Assembly (NCBI GenBank): GCA_965612865.1
Contig: CBFDTJ010000010.1
Span: 1-30,849, forward strand
Direction of reading: 5' to 3'
Origin: an uncultured bacterium
GTDB taxonomy: Bacteria > Caldisericota > Caldisericia > B22-G15
DNA length: 30,849 bases
How positions within the stretch are numbered: the stretch's first letter is position 1; each line of letters begins with the position of its first letter. Position numbers and translations under genes: made by a program. Positions 1 to 11,200 of the stretch are shown piece after piece. Below the pieces are notes generated by a model. That model saw only the letters and a program-made list of their open reading frames with translations, made no database searches and had not been told where the DNA came from.

Positions 1-1460
1 ATTTTCTTTAAGTTTTCTATAATGTTTCCAATCTTTCTATATGTGTATTTCTCTCTTAAATCTTTGTATCCAATTTCTATAAATTTGTTGGATTCTATAA
101 AGAAGAGGTACTGGATTATGTTTGATACTCCCTCTGGAGCATCCCTATTTTTATCAATATATAAATCAATTATATCAACCTTCGGAACCTCTTCTTCTTT
201 AAGCTCTTTATTTTTCACAAGGATGTCAAATTTTTCCATAAGTTCCTTGGTTTCTTTGTGGTTTTTCACAAGCACTATTGCTACATCTGAATCATACTCT
301 ATGTCTCCTCCGCCAGTAGAGTGAAACATTGTTGGTCTCTCAATTCCCTCTTCATCAAGTTTACAACCTTCCTTGTCAAGGGCTGACACTGCAACTATTG
401 GACAATTCAATTTTAGCGAAAGCATTGCTATTTTTCCTGAAATCTCGTCGACCTTTTCTTCAAGAGTTAGATTCAAATTTTCTGTTGGAATCTTTTGAAT
501 ATAGTCAAGAAATAAAACAACTTTATCTGTTCTATGGGATTGCATAATATTGTAAGTATGGGCTTCTATTTTCTCCAGCGTATCGTTTCTCGTTCCCTCC
601 ACTATGTATAGAAAGGATGTTAATTCCTGTAGTAATTCATAGGAATTTTTGAGTTTCTCTATATTCTCTTCACTCAGGTCTCCAGAGAGTATAGTTACGG
701 GGTTTATCATGGCTTCCTGGGAGAGAATTCTCAGTGAGAGGATCCTTGCTGTTTGTTCCCAGGAGTAGAAAAGGACAGGAATTCTATCATTTTTTATAAT
801 ATTTAGTGCAAGGTGAAGGAGGAAGTTGGTTTTTCCTCTTCTTGGAGCACCTGCAATGGCATAGTAGAATCCAGGTCTTAAACCAAGCAAAGTTTTATCA
901 AGGGAAGAGAAGGGTTCAATACTATAACCATGAAATATTCTTTTCCCTTCCAGTTCCTTTATTATTGTGTCCATATGTTTTACAGATGGAACAAGTTTTT
1001 TAATAAGCCTCTCTCTTGCTATATCGTGTAATTTCTCTGCAGTCTCTGCTGCAAATTGGGCAATGTCTTCGGCTTTGTGTGGTCCTCTCCTTTCTACAAA
1101 ATCTTTCATGTCCAGTGAAATTTCTATAAGTTTTCTTTCTCCGTGTCTTATCTTTAAAATATCTATATATGAGATTATCACCGCGAGGGGTGGTGGTTCA
1201 ATTTTTTCTATTTCGTCAAGAGTTTTCTGTATTTCATTATCCAGCAGCCCCTTCTTTTCAAGTTGCCTTTTTACAGTTTCAAAATCTATAACACCAATTT
1301 CTGCTCTTCCTTCATATATGTCAAGAACTGCCGATAGGATCAGTTTCGTCTTGGAATTTTCAAAATAATCTGGATTAAACCCTTCAGAGAAAGCTCTGGA
1401 TATTGTAAAATTATCTGCAATGAACCCCTTTAGAATCTTTTTTTCAAGTTCTTCACTCAT
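1..1460 (-). CDS. DnaB-like helicase/ATPase (RecA/SF4 fold), divergent; 3' end beyond the window edge
   Basis: Read by hand on the minus strand from ATG at 1460 (MSEELEKKILKGFIADNF...), open to position 1 (at least 486 codons). Motifs: Walker A GAPRRGKT (851-828), VLFYSWEQ, LFLDYIQKI, PIVAVSALDKEG, GGGDIEYDSDVAIVL, IDKNRDAP, in the order of DnaB H1-H4. Absent from the ORF track because no stop lies in the window. Confidence 0.85.
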   Translation of the reverse strand, partial: MSEELEKKILKGFIADNFTISRAFSEGFNPDYFENSKTKLILSAVLDIYEGRAEIGVIDFETVKRQLEKKGLLDNEIQKTLDEIEKIEPPPLAVIISYIDILKIRHGERKLIEISLDMKDFVERRGPHKAEDIAQFAAETAEKLHDIARERLIKKLVPSVKHMDTIIKELEGKRIFHGYSIEPFSSLDKTLLGLRPGFYYAIAGAPRRGKTNFLLHLALNIIKNDRIPVLFYSWEQTARILSLRILSQEAMINPVTILSGDLSEENIEKLKNSYELLQELTSFLYIVEGTRNDTLEKIEAHTYNIMQSHRTDKVVLFLDYIQKIPTENLNLTLEEKVDEISGKIAMLSLKLNCPIVAVSALDKEGCKLDEEGIERPTMFHSTGGGDIEYDSDVAIVLVKNHKETKELMEKFDILVKNKELKEEEVPKVDIIDLYIDKNRDAPEGVSNIIQYLFFIESNKFIEIGYKDLREKYTYRKIGNIIENLKK

Positions 1461-1466
1461 GGTTTC

Positions 1467-1472
1467 ATTATA
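1467..1472 (-). promoter_or_regulatory. Putative -10 box (TATAAT) 6 nt upstream of the DnaB-like start codon
   Basis: Minus strand reads ...aatattgTATAATgaaaccATG. No Shine-Dalgarno sequence; no convincing -35. Confidence 0.55.
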
Positions 1473-1559
1473 CAATATTTCAAAACAAAAGAAACAATTT
1501 ATTTTCTTTTATATCTAAAATTTGGAAGGATTGGTTTATAAAATTAGGAGGTGAAAAAG

Positions 1560-4500
1560 ATGAAGAAAATCATAATAATGACTTTGATCATCTTACTACT
1601 CGCTTCAGGCTTTTGGGTAAAGCGGGTAGAGGGAGCTTTAACAGGTGTGACATTTACTGCTGTAAATCCTGGTGGACAGAATGCGCAGGGCGATGATACC
1701 GCAGGTAACACAGGTGCCCACTGGCAGGTTACAATAGACTTTGATGACAATGGAAATCTTCTAAAAAATGGAGACAAAATAACAATTACGTTTCCATCTG
1801 GATTTGATTTCTCCTCTTCTACAATAAATTTAACCTCTTTTGGGAGTGTCACCGTCTCCACTTCATCTCATTCAGGAAACACTATCATTATTGATATCAC
1901 AAGTGATCAGAATTCTGGTGAGACAGGAAGCGTAACTGTTGATATAACAAATGCAAAAAACCCAACTCTTGCCGGGAACATGACAGGAACAGTGAAGGTT
2001 GATTACAATTCAGTATCAGCCAGTGAAACAAGGAGTGGAAGTATTTTAATCATTCCTGACCTTATATCAAATATCACAATAAATCCGCATCCTTGGTATA
2101 TGTCAATAGGAGAGACCAAAACATTCATAGCAGAGAGTTTCGACCAGTTTGGAAATAAAAGGACAGGTGTGCTTGGTTTATATGGGTGGGAGGATAAATT
2201 CAATTGGGAAATTGAACTTAATACTCCGCCCACAGGATCTGGTGTCTTTACCACCTCAGCCAATAATGTAGATGAAGTGACAATTCAGGCAACAGACTGG
2301 GGACATTTTAGGTTGAAAGCCTTTTATCCTCCCAGTGGTCCACCTTACACCATCTGGGGAGCTTCAGATGTCTATGTAAGGAGTTATGTTACTCCTGCAA
2401 GGGTTTATGTTAATCCCCCATATGCCGGGAGTCCTGCTGAATACGAGATAAGATTTTCACTTGGTCCAGGTGGAGGGCTTGTTGGCGGTGTTGATTGGAT
2501 AGAGATAACTTTTCCATATAACACATATGTTCCTTCAGGGATCTGGTATTATGATGTTTTAATCAATGGATATCCGGCAATTACCCATTATGTTTATGGA
2601 AGAACGGTAAGAATTACAGTTCCTTATACCTTTTCAGGAGGGGCATACATAGTGGTAACTTTCCCTCTTGAAGCAGGGATTACAAATCCAACTCGTTCAG
2701 GTACATACAGATTAAGAGTTTCTACGTCCAAGGAGCCAACTGTTGTAAGTTCATATCCATATGTAATATACTCGTCTGTCATATCAAGGCCGAAGGTTGA
2801 AGTTATCCCAAATGTAGTTACCGCAACAGCTGAGTACACTATCACTTTCAAAACGGGACCATCTGGAAGCCTTAGAGAGCATTTCGATATTATTAGTGTG
2901 AAATTCCCATCTGATACTTATGTTCCAGATTTAATAAGCGAAGAGGATGTAAAGATAAATGGCTTTGACGCTTATGAGGTTTCAACTTCAGGAAGAAAGG
3001 TAACAATAAAGTTGCCCGTGAATATTGAGCCAAAAGAGGAAGTGGAGATAGTTTTTACGAAACAATGTGGTATAAAGAACCCTACAGAGCCTGGGAACTA
3101 TTATTTAAGTGTTGCAACAAGCAAGGAACCCACCTATGTTACTTCTTATTACTACAAGATTGTTGAATCTATGATTAAAAACCTTTTAGTTAGTGTAAAT
3201 CCCTCTGTAACAAAGGTTGAGGCAGAATACAGAATAAGCTTTACCACAGGGGAACATGGAGCTCTTGAGGAGGGAGATAAAATTTACATTAAGTTTCCTC
3301 CTTATACAAAACTGCCAGATTCAATTGATAAGCACCTGATAACAATAAATGGTGAAATATTAGACAAATCTCCAGGAATTAATAAAACTGAAAGATTGAT
3401 CACCATAAAAACCCCAACCAGTTTTGGAGATGAAGAAGAAATTGTTATAATTATTTCAAGGGAGGCAGGTATAAAAAATCCGGGAATTCCTGGTTCTTAT
3501 AAACTCAAAGTCTGGACAGAGAGAGAGCCCACAGAGGTCTTATCAAATTCTTATACTCTTACTGAATCAAAGATTACCCCTGTCTCTGTAAAAGTCACAC
3601 CACCTACTGTGGGTAGAAATCTATCCTTTGAAATCAAGTTTAAGACAGGTCCTGGTGGTTCAATGAGAGAAGGAGAATACATCTATATTAGATTTTCTAA
3701 AGAAATAGATTTACCCCCCTATATTCCCAAAGAATATGTGAAGGTTAAAGGTATCACCCTCACCTCCAATGTATCTATTAGTAATAATTTACTAACTATT
3801 AAGACACCTATTCCTGTAGCCAGAGAAGAAGAGGTCACAGTTGTTATACTTAATGATGCAGGAATAAAGATAGGAGAAGAAGGAGAATATTCTCTATGGG
3901 TATATACTTCGAGGGAAACAGAAGAGGTGCTGATGCCTTCTTTCCTTGTCTATCCTCCTCCTGCTACAGAGATATCAGTTTCACCAGAAGCACCAGATGG
4001 AATGAATGGCTGGTACAAAACAACACCTATCATCGAGCTTAAAGCAAAATCAAAGTATGATAAAAATCCTGACATTTTCTATAGATGGGATAAGGAAGCG
4101 TGGAATAAGTATACAGGCGTAATTACTCCTCCAGAGGGAGTACATGTGCTTTACTATTTTGCAAGAGACCATCTTGGAAGTGAAGAACTACCAAAGAGCC
4201 TTGTTTTTAAATTGGATACTACGCCACCTGTTATAATGAATTTGAATATAAGAGAAGGAATGTATGTAAATACAGAAAATATAGATATCACAGGCAATAT
4301 TTCAGAATCCCTTTCTGTCCTTCTTATTCAGGGTAAAAGAGTTCCTATTGGTTCAAGTGGTTTCTTTAAAGCAAATGTCTCTCTTAACGAAGGGACAAAC
4401 AGTATATCCTTTGTTGTGATTGATGTTGCAGGGAATAGAACTTTCAGGGGAGTTAAAATTATAAGAGATACAATTCCCCCAGACATAGAGATTGAGTATC

Positions 4501-5117
4501 CTGCACCCTGGATTACAGTTCATACAAAAGTCATTGAGGTAAAGGGTAAGACAGAGCCAGGAGTGGAACTTAAGGTAAACGGGAAGCCCATAACAGTGCG
4601 AGAGGATGGAAGGTTTACAGGAGAGGTAAAACTGGAGAGGAGCGGAACGAATGCCTTAGAATTTGTTGTCAAAGATAAAGCAGGAAACATTACACGAGAA
4701 AGTGTTGCTGTTATACTTATTCTTAAAGTAAGGATAGAACTCTTTATAGGAAAAAGAGAAGCCTTTGTAAATGATATGAGAAAGGTGCTCGATTATCCAC
4801 CATTTATATACAAAGACAGGACGATGGTGCCACTAAGGTTTATATCTGAAGGTTTTGGAGCAGATGTGGAGTGGGATCCTGTTGTAAGAGTTGCCACCAT
4901 AACTTTCTCAAATGAAGAGAAAGTCGTCATAAAAGTTTCTCCAGGTTCTAATGTAGCTTCCCTAAATGGCAAAGCTTATATAATGGATGTAGAACCAGTA
5001 ATAAAGGAAGGGAGAATATTTGTTCCCATCAGATTCGTTGCCGAAGCGTTTGGATCAGATGTAAAATGGTTTTTAGAAGAGAGAAAAGTTGTTATAATTT
5101 ATCCAAGAGGAGGGTAA
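1560..5117 (+). CDS. Secreted multi-Ig-domain surface protein with C-terminal copper amine oxidase N-terminal (stalk) domain
   Basis: AGGAGGTG (1546-1553) favours ATG 1560 over GTG 1551. Signal peptide MKKIIIMTLIILLLASG...VEGA. N-terminal FPSGFD module, one Big_2-like module, four ~130-aa AEY-x-I-x-F...FP...GI-x-NP repeats, PDGMNGWY module, two DT-T/I-PP Ig modules, and a stalk domain with RTMVPLRFISEGFGADVEWD / RIFVPIRFVAEAFGSDVKW. Confidence 0.85.
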   Translation: MKKIIIMTLIILLLASGFWVKRVEGALTGVTFTAVNPGGQNAQGDDTAGNTGAHWQVTIDFDDNGNLLKNGDKITITFPSGFDFSSSTINLTSFGSVTVSTSSHSGNTIIIDITSDQNSGETGSVTVDITNAKNPTLAGNMTGTVKVDYNSVSASETRSGSILIIPDLISNITINPHPWYMSIGETKTFIAESFDQFGNKRTGVLGLYGWEDKFNWEIELNTPPTGSGVFTTSANNVDEVTIQATDWGHFRLKAFYPPSGPPYTIWGASDVYVRSYVTPARVYVNPPYAGSPAEYEIRFSLGPGGGLVGGVDWIEITFPYNTYVPSGIWYYDVLINGYPAITHYVYGRTVRITVPYTFSGGAYIVVTFPLEAGITNPTRSGTYRLRVSTSKEPTVVSSYPYVIYSSVISRPKVEVIPNVVTATAEYTITFKTGPSGSLREHFDIISVKFPSDTYVPDLISEEDVKINGFDAYEVSTSGRKVTIKLPVNIEPKEEVEIVFTKQCGIKNPTEPGNYYLSVATSKEPTYVTSYYYKIVESMIKNLLVSVNPSVTKVEAEYRISFTTGEHGALEEGDKIYIKFPPYTKLPDSIDKHLITINGEILDKSPGINKTERLITIKTPTSFGDEEEIVIIISREAGIKNPGIPGSYKLKVWTEREPTEVLSNSYTLTESKITPVSVKVTPPTVGRNLSFEIKFKTGPGGSMREGEYIYIRFSKEIDLPPYIPKEYVKVKGITLTSNVSISNNLLTIKTPIPVAREEEVTVVILNDAGIKIGEEGEYSLWVYTSRETEEVLMPSFLVYPPPATEISVSPEAPDGMNGWYKTTPIIELKAKSKYDKNPDIFYRWDKEAWNKYTGVITPPEGVHVLYYFARDHLGSEELPKSLVFKLDTTPPVIMNLNIREGMYVNTENIDITGNISESLSVLLIQGKRVPIGSSGFFKANVSLNEGTNSISFVVIDVAGNRTFRGVKIIRDTIPPDIEIEYPAPWITVHTKVIEVKGKTEPGVELKVNGKPITVREDGRFTGEVKLERSGTNALEFVVKDKAGNITRESVAVILILKVRIELFIGKREAFVNDMRKVLDYPPFIYKDRTMVPLRFISEGFGADVEWDPVVRVATITFSNEEKVVIKVSPGSNVASLNGKAYIMDVEPVIKEGRIFVPIRFVAEAFGSDVKWFLEERKVVIIYPRGG

Positions 5118-5181
5118 AATCCTTGATTTTTTGTGAAATAAAGAGTAAAAATAGGTTAAGAAAGTTAGGAGGATTTAGAAA

Positions 5182-5205
5182 ATGAAAAGGAGGTTTATAT
5201 TATGA
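5182..5205 (+). other. Possible 7-codon upstream mini-ORF MKRRFIL overlapping the start of the 2580-aa gene
   Basis: AGGAGG at 5167-5172, ATG at 5182, TGA at 5203-5205 overlapping ATG 5202 (ATGA). Confidence 0.35.
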
Positions 5206-8200
5206 AAAAAGGAAGGGAAATCCTTCTTACGATTGTGATTTTATCCCTTTTATTTGTATGGGTGCCAAAGGTGTATGGTGGTCCCGCCACACATTTTCAG
5301 GTTATAGTTCCATCCACTGCGAAAATTGGAGTTCCATTTAATATAACCATAAAAGCTCTTGATGCAAATGGTCTTATTGATGCTGGATATACAGGCACTG
5401 TAAATCTTACAGTAAACTCTTCTGTTGGACTAACCATTTCTGCCTCAACACCAGCTCTTCCATATACCTTTGTAGCAGCAGATGCTGGAGTTAAAACTTT
5501 TCAAATTACTCTTTCAGGCTCAAACATATCAACTCCTTGGAATACAGCAACCATTACTGCGCAAGACACAGGAACTCCAAGTATAAATGGGATATCATCG
5601 GGATTTCAGGTAACTGGTGGAGTGCCAGATCATTTTAAGATAGATTTATCTTCTACAAATATAACTGCTGGTGATTCCATAACATTTACTGTCACAGTAC
5701 AGGATGCAAACAACAATACTGTTGGAGATTATAACCAAACAGTCATATTTACATCTTCAGACCCTCAAGCGGTCTTCTCTCCATCAACTTATACATTTAT
5801 TCCTGCCGATAACGGTATTCACACCTTTGTAAATGGAGTTACTTTAAAGACGGCAGGAAGTCAAACAATAACTGTCTCTGATAGCTCCGTATCTTCTACA
5901 TCTGCTACTATAACTGTAGGTTTTTCCACGCTCCACCATTTTAATATTACTGCATCAACACTAACACCTACAGCAGGAGCCACATTCGATATTACTGTCA
6001 CAGCAGTGGATGAGTATAACAATACAATAACAAACTATCTTGGGACTGTTCATTTTACAACGACAGATCCAAATACAAGCGTATCTTTACCCCCAGATTC
6101 TTCTCTTCCAGGTGGTACTAATACATTTGTTGGTGGAGTAATTCTATGTACTGCAGGACCTCAAACCATATATGTTGAAGATACCTCAAATTCTTTAATC
6201 AAGGGAAGTTTAACCCTCAATGTTCAACCTGAACCGCTAGCGTCATGCAGTTTTCAGTTTGATCCCATTGGTCCGCAGACGAGAGGTAACCCGTTCTCTG
6301 TAACAATAAAAGTTGTTGATAGTTTTGGGAATGTAAATCAATCCTTCAGTGGTATAGGATTTAATGCAGATCTGACATCGTCCGCGGGAACCGTCACCCC
6401 ATCAACTGTAGGTCCATTCTTGAATGGCGTCTGGTCTGGAAATATAACTTTGGATACAGCAAGTAACACTATGACAATTACTGCTTCTGATCCTGGGCTA
6501 ACTGTTGGGAATGGAACATCCAATACATTTACTGTTTCTGACCCAGATCCAGCAAGTTTCGTCTTTGATCCAATACCTGATCAGAGCATTGGAAACCCTT
6601 TCCAGATAACAGTTAAGGCTGTGGATGGTTCAGGAAGGATTGTTGCTTCCTGGAGTGGTAATGTCAAACTTTTTGTTTCTACTTCAGGAGGAACAGTTAC
6701 ACCCAATATTATTAACTTAACAAACGGCATATGGACAGGAAATATAACTTTATCTAATGCAGATTCTGGTGTAAAACTTTATGCAAACTATTATTATGGC
6801 GAATATATATATAATTCAGCAAATGCTACAGTAGATGCAGGTGATACACGACTTACCCCCGTAAGAAATTATGGAACCAACACCCTTGTAAACGCTTCAG
6901 ATTCTGATGCTGTGGATGCTTTGGCGCTTATATCCTTTGCAGCGACTGAAAAGCATGCAGAAAATATTGTTTCCAATGGTGTTTATGACAATGGAGAATA
7001 TATATATGATGATGTGGATGGAGACAATCTTGTTTCTGTAGGAGATAAGAGATTAACATATGTTGGAAATTATAGATATGGAACCGTAGTTCAATCTGGA
7101 GATTCTGATATAGGAACAGCTCTTATAAGCTTTGGAGCAACAGAATTACATACAGACCATGTTGTTACTAATACCACTTACGATTCTTTATATGGAGAAT
7201 CCAATGTATTTGCTGTATCTACTTCTGCAGTGGATCATTTTGAATTCACTACCATCCCTTCTCCTCAAACTGCTGGTGTTCCATTCACTGTAACAATATA
7301 CGCCAAAGATTCTGCAGGAAGGACGGTAACCTCATTTAATGAGCAGGTAACATTATCTTCATCTCCAGCAATGGGTGTTTCTACAAATCCTTCCCCTGTA
7401 GTCTTTGTAAATGGAGTATGGACAGGGAGTGTCACACTGAATACTCCTTCCACTGCAGTGAAACTCATTGCAACCTATGGAAGCGCAACAGGTGAATCAA
7501 ACACATTTGCTCTTCAGGGTACACTCAATCATTTCTCATTCTCATATATTCCCTCTCCTCAAAAGGTGGGTCAGGCTTTTTATGTGGAAATTACAGCAAG
7601 GGATGGGAACGAAAATATTGTTACAAATTTCCTTGGAAATGTGAATCTTACCTTAAACCCTGCTGGTCCAGTTTCACCCTCAACAGTTGGGCCATTTGTA
7701 AATGGAAAGTGGAGTGGTTACATAACTGTTAATGCCTCCTTCTCCAGTGTTCAGATTATAGCTACTGATGCTGGTGGAAGTGGAATGACTGGAGCCTCAA
7801 ATGCTTTCTCAGTTCTTGGTCCACTTGATCATTTCCACTTTTCATCCATTGGACCGCAGGCATCTGGAGTTCCATTCCACATAAGGATTGAAGCTCATGA
7901 TATGGATCACAATCTTATATATGACTTAAACACAACACTTACTTTAACTTCTTCTGTAGGAAATATTATTCCAGGCACTGTTACTATGACTAACGGAGTT
8001 TTTGAAGGAGATGTAACTATTGATACACCAACTCCTGATGTATTTATCACAGCAACAGCTGAGGGTAAAAGCGGTAATTCTAATCACTTCTCTGTTTCAG
8101 CTGGACTTCATCACTTCACCTTTGATCCAGTTGCATCTCCACAAACAGCAGGAACTCAATTCTGGGTAAAAATATATGCTAAGGATCATCTCGATAATGT

Positions 8201-11200
8201 AATACCAAATTTTTCTGCTACAGTGAGTTTATCTGCTACAGTTCCAACAAATTATGTTATAGAGCCTACAAGTGTAACTTTCCAGAATGGGATGTGGCAG
8301 GGTTATGTAACTCTATACAAAGCAGGTACAAATGTACAGCTTAGAGCAGATTTTGCTTCTAAGTATGGTCTTTCAAATACATTTAATGTAATTCCAGGGC
8401 CACTTCATCATTTTGAAGTTACTTCAAATGACCCAGATCTGGTAACTGGAGAATATAGACCTATTGGTCCTCAAACTGCAGGATGTGTATTCAATCCAGG
8501 AGCGCATCCAGAAAACGCTCTAAGAGTTACTGCAGTTGACCAGTGGGGAAATACTGTAACTACCTATACAGGAACAATCCATTTCACATCGACAGATGGA
8601 GCGGCGGTACTTCCACCAGATTATACCTTTGTGCTAGCTAATAATGGTTCAACTACTTGGAGTGGTGTCACAATGAACACTCCTGGAATTCATACTATAA
8701 CTGTATATGATACATCAAATCCCGGTGTTTCAGGAACTTCAGAACCATTCTCGGTGGCTTCTCCTGTTCTTGATCATTTTGACTTTGACCCCATTGGACC
8801 ACAGACAATAAATAATTCCTTTAATGTAACAATTTATGCAAAGGATCCAAATGGATATATATTAAGTGCATACGATGATGGAGATACATGGGGAGTTATG
8901 GGTGTGGCTACATGCGATACTATTCTTTCTGCAAGCAGTGGAAATATAAATGGAGGAGCAACATACACTACACCCACATTTACTCTTGGTAAAATAACTG
9001 TTTCTGTTATCCTTGATACTCCGTCTCCAAATATGAAAATAAAAGCTGAAAAACCAGCTTTTTCTGTTTCAAGTCTCTCAGATCCATTCACATGTGCATC
9101 CAATGTACTTCATCACTTCCAGTTTGAGATGATTCCAAATCAAACAGCTGGTGTTCCTTTCCAGATAACAATTACAGCGAGGGATATAGCTGGATCCCTT
9201 ATAACTATCTGGAATGGAGTTGCAAACTTATCAGCATCCACTGGACCAGGCACAATAACACCTACATCTACAACAGCATTTACAGATGGAAGATGGACAG
9301 GGGCAGTAACCCTCAATACACCGAATCCTTCTGTTCAGATTTTTGCAGAAGATCCTTCAACCCATAAAATGGGAATGAGTAATATATTCTCTGTTTATGG
9401 AGCACTTGACCACTTTGTCTTTGATACAATCTCATCACCTCAGACGGCAGGAGAAAGTTTCACAATAAAGATGTACGCAAAAGATTCCCTTGGATATACG
9501 ATACCTAACTTCTCAGATCAGGTAAACCTTTCTGTAAATCTTGGAACAATTACACCAACTGTTACCAGTTACTTTAGTGGTGGTGTATGGATTGGAGAGG
9601 TTGTGCTTACTGGCGCAGGAGATAATATAAAGATAACTGCTGAGAAGAATGGACATACGGGAGATAGTAACTTATTTACTGTGCTTCCAGGTCCAGTCCA
9701 TACATTTGAATTTACAACTATCGGACCACAAACTGTGGATATACCTTTTACGGTGACCATAACTGCAAAGGATGAGTTTGGAAATGTATGTACCAATTTT
9801 AACGGAGGAGCAACTCTAAGTGCTGTTAATTCAACAGTTATAGAACCCACAAGCATAACCTTTACATCTGGTGTATGGACAGGTGATGTGAAACTCGGGG
9901 AAGCAGGAACTGACGTTCAACTCAAAGTCACTCTTACTACACCGTCAGTGGAATCACTATCCAACACCTTCTCCGTGGCAAAAGGACTGGATCATTTCTT
10001 GATATCAACTATAGGAAATCAATCCAAGGGAGTTCCTTTTGAGATAACAATTACTGCCCAGGATGAGGATGGGGCAACCTTTACTTCCTTTACAGGAACT
10101 GTGGATGTTACATGTTCTCTGGGGGTTGGTTCAATACTTCCTGTATCCCTTGGTCCATTTGTAAATGGAAGCTTTACAGGAGAGATTACTATTACGAAAC
10201 CAGGAGAGAATGTTACTATAACAGTTACAGACCCGGTAACTGGAAAAACTGGTACATCAAATGCCTTCAATGTAGTGGGTGATAAACTTGTGTTTAAATC
10301 ATCACCACAGGTTGTTAATCTTGAAGAGAAGTCTCAGCCAATAATTATTGGCCTTCAGAGCCCTGATGGGAATCCACTGGTTGCTTCAGAGGATATAACA
10401 ATCAATCTAACTACAACATCTTCAACAGGTGAATTCTCAATAGATGGAGCTACCTGGGGAGTGAATACAATTACATTCCCGTCAGGTTCTAATGAAGCAT
10501 CCTTCTACTACAAGGATTCAACACCAGGCGCGTGGGATATCACAGTTTCTAGTGAAAATTATGAATCCGCCACACAGAGAATAACAGTTACAGGAACAAA
10601 TGCCAATGGATCAGGTAGTGTTACCATGACACCAGATTCTGCTCTCACAGGAGATGTTGTAAATATAACATTTACATTCACAGCCACTTACAATCTTTCT
10701 GGCGGTGCTGTAAAGCTAACTGTGCCTGTTGGATTTCCTAATCCTCAAATAACTCAACCACAGGGGAATGGATTTGTCTCAGTGATTCCTGAAAATGGGG
10801 TCTCCCTTGGCACCATAAATGTGAGTGCTAATTCCCTTATTATAAATATCCAAACTATGGCAAGCGGAAAGAGAATCACGATTAAATATCAAAATGTAAC
10901 TGTTCCCAATGTTCCAAATGTGTATACGTTTTCTTTTATGACTATGGGAGCAGGAGGAACTTTTGTTCCTATTGCCACTCAGCCTCAGTTTACTGTCGAG
11001 AGAGGATTTAGTCTTGAGATACTGTCACTTTCAGTAGAACCACTATCTGCCGGAGTGAATGCTTCTTTTTCTCTTGTTATTAGAGTTGGAACAAGGGGCG
11101 CTCTTGATGTATCTGACGATATAAATATCAAATTCCCAACAGGGACACAGATACCGGCAAGTATCCCTTCAGGAATGATAAAGATAAACGATACAGAGCT

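Noticed and set aside
22..1368. Plus-strand ORFs 22..324, 329..547, 806..1003 and 967..1368
   Set aside because: Antisense shadows of the minus-strand DnaB-like gene; Ser/Phe/Leu-rich, with no SD or motifs.
4727..5114. Annotating the stalk-domain proteins as copper amine oxidases
   Set aside because: Only the non-catalytic N-terminal-type domain is present; there is no catalytic domain with the TPQ consensus.
5123..5151. Possible promoter TTGATT-N17-TAAAAA before the 2580-aa gene
   Set aside because: Both hexamers are imperfect in a very AT-rich spacer, so it cannot be distinguished from chance.
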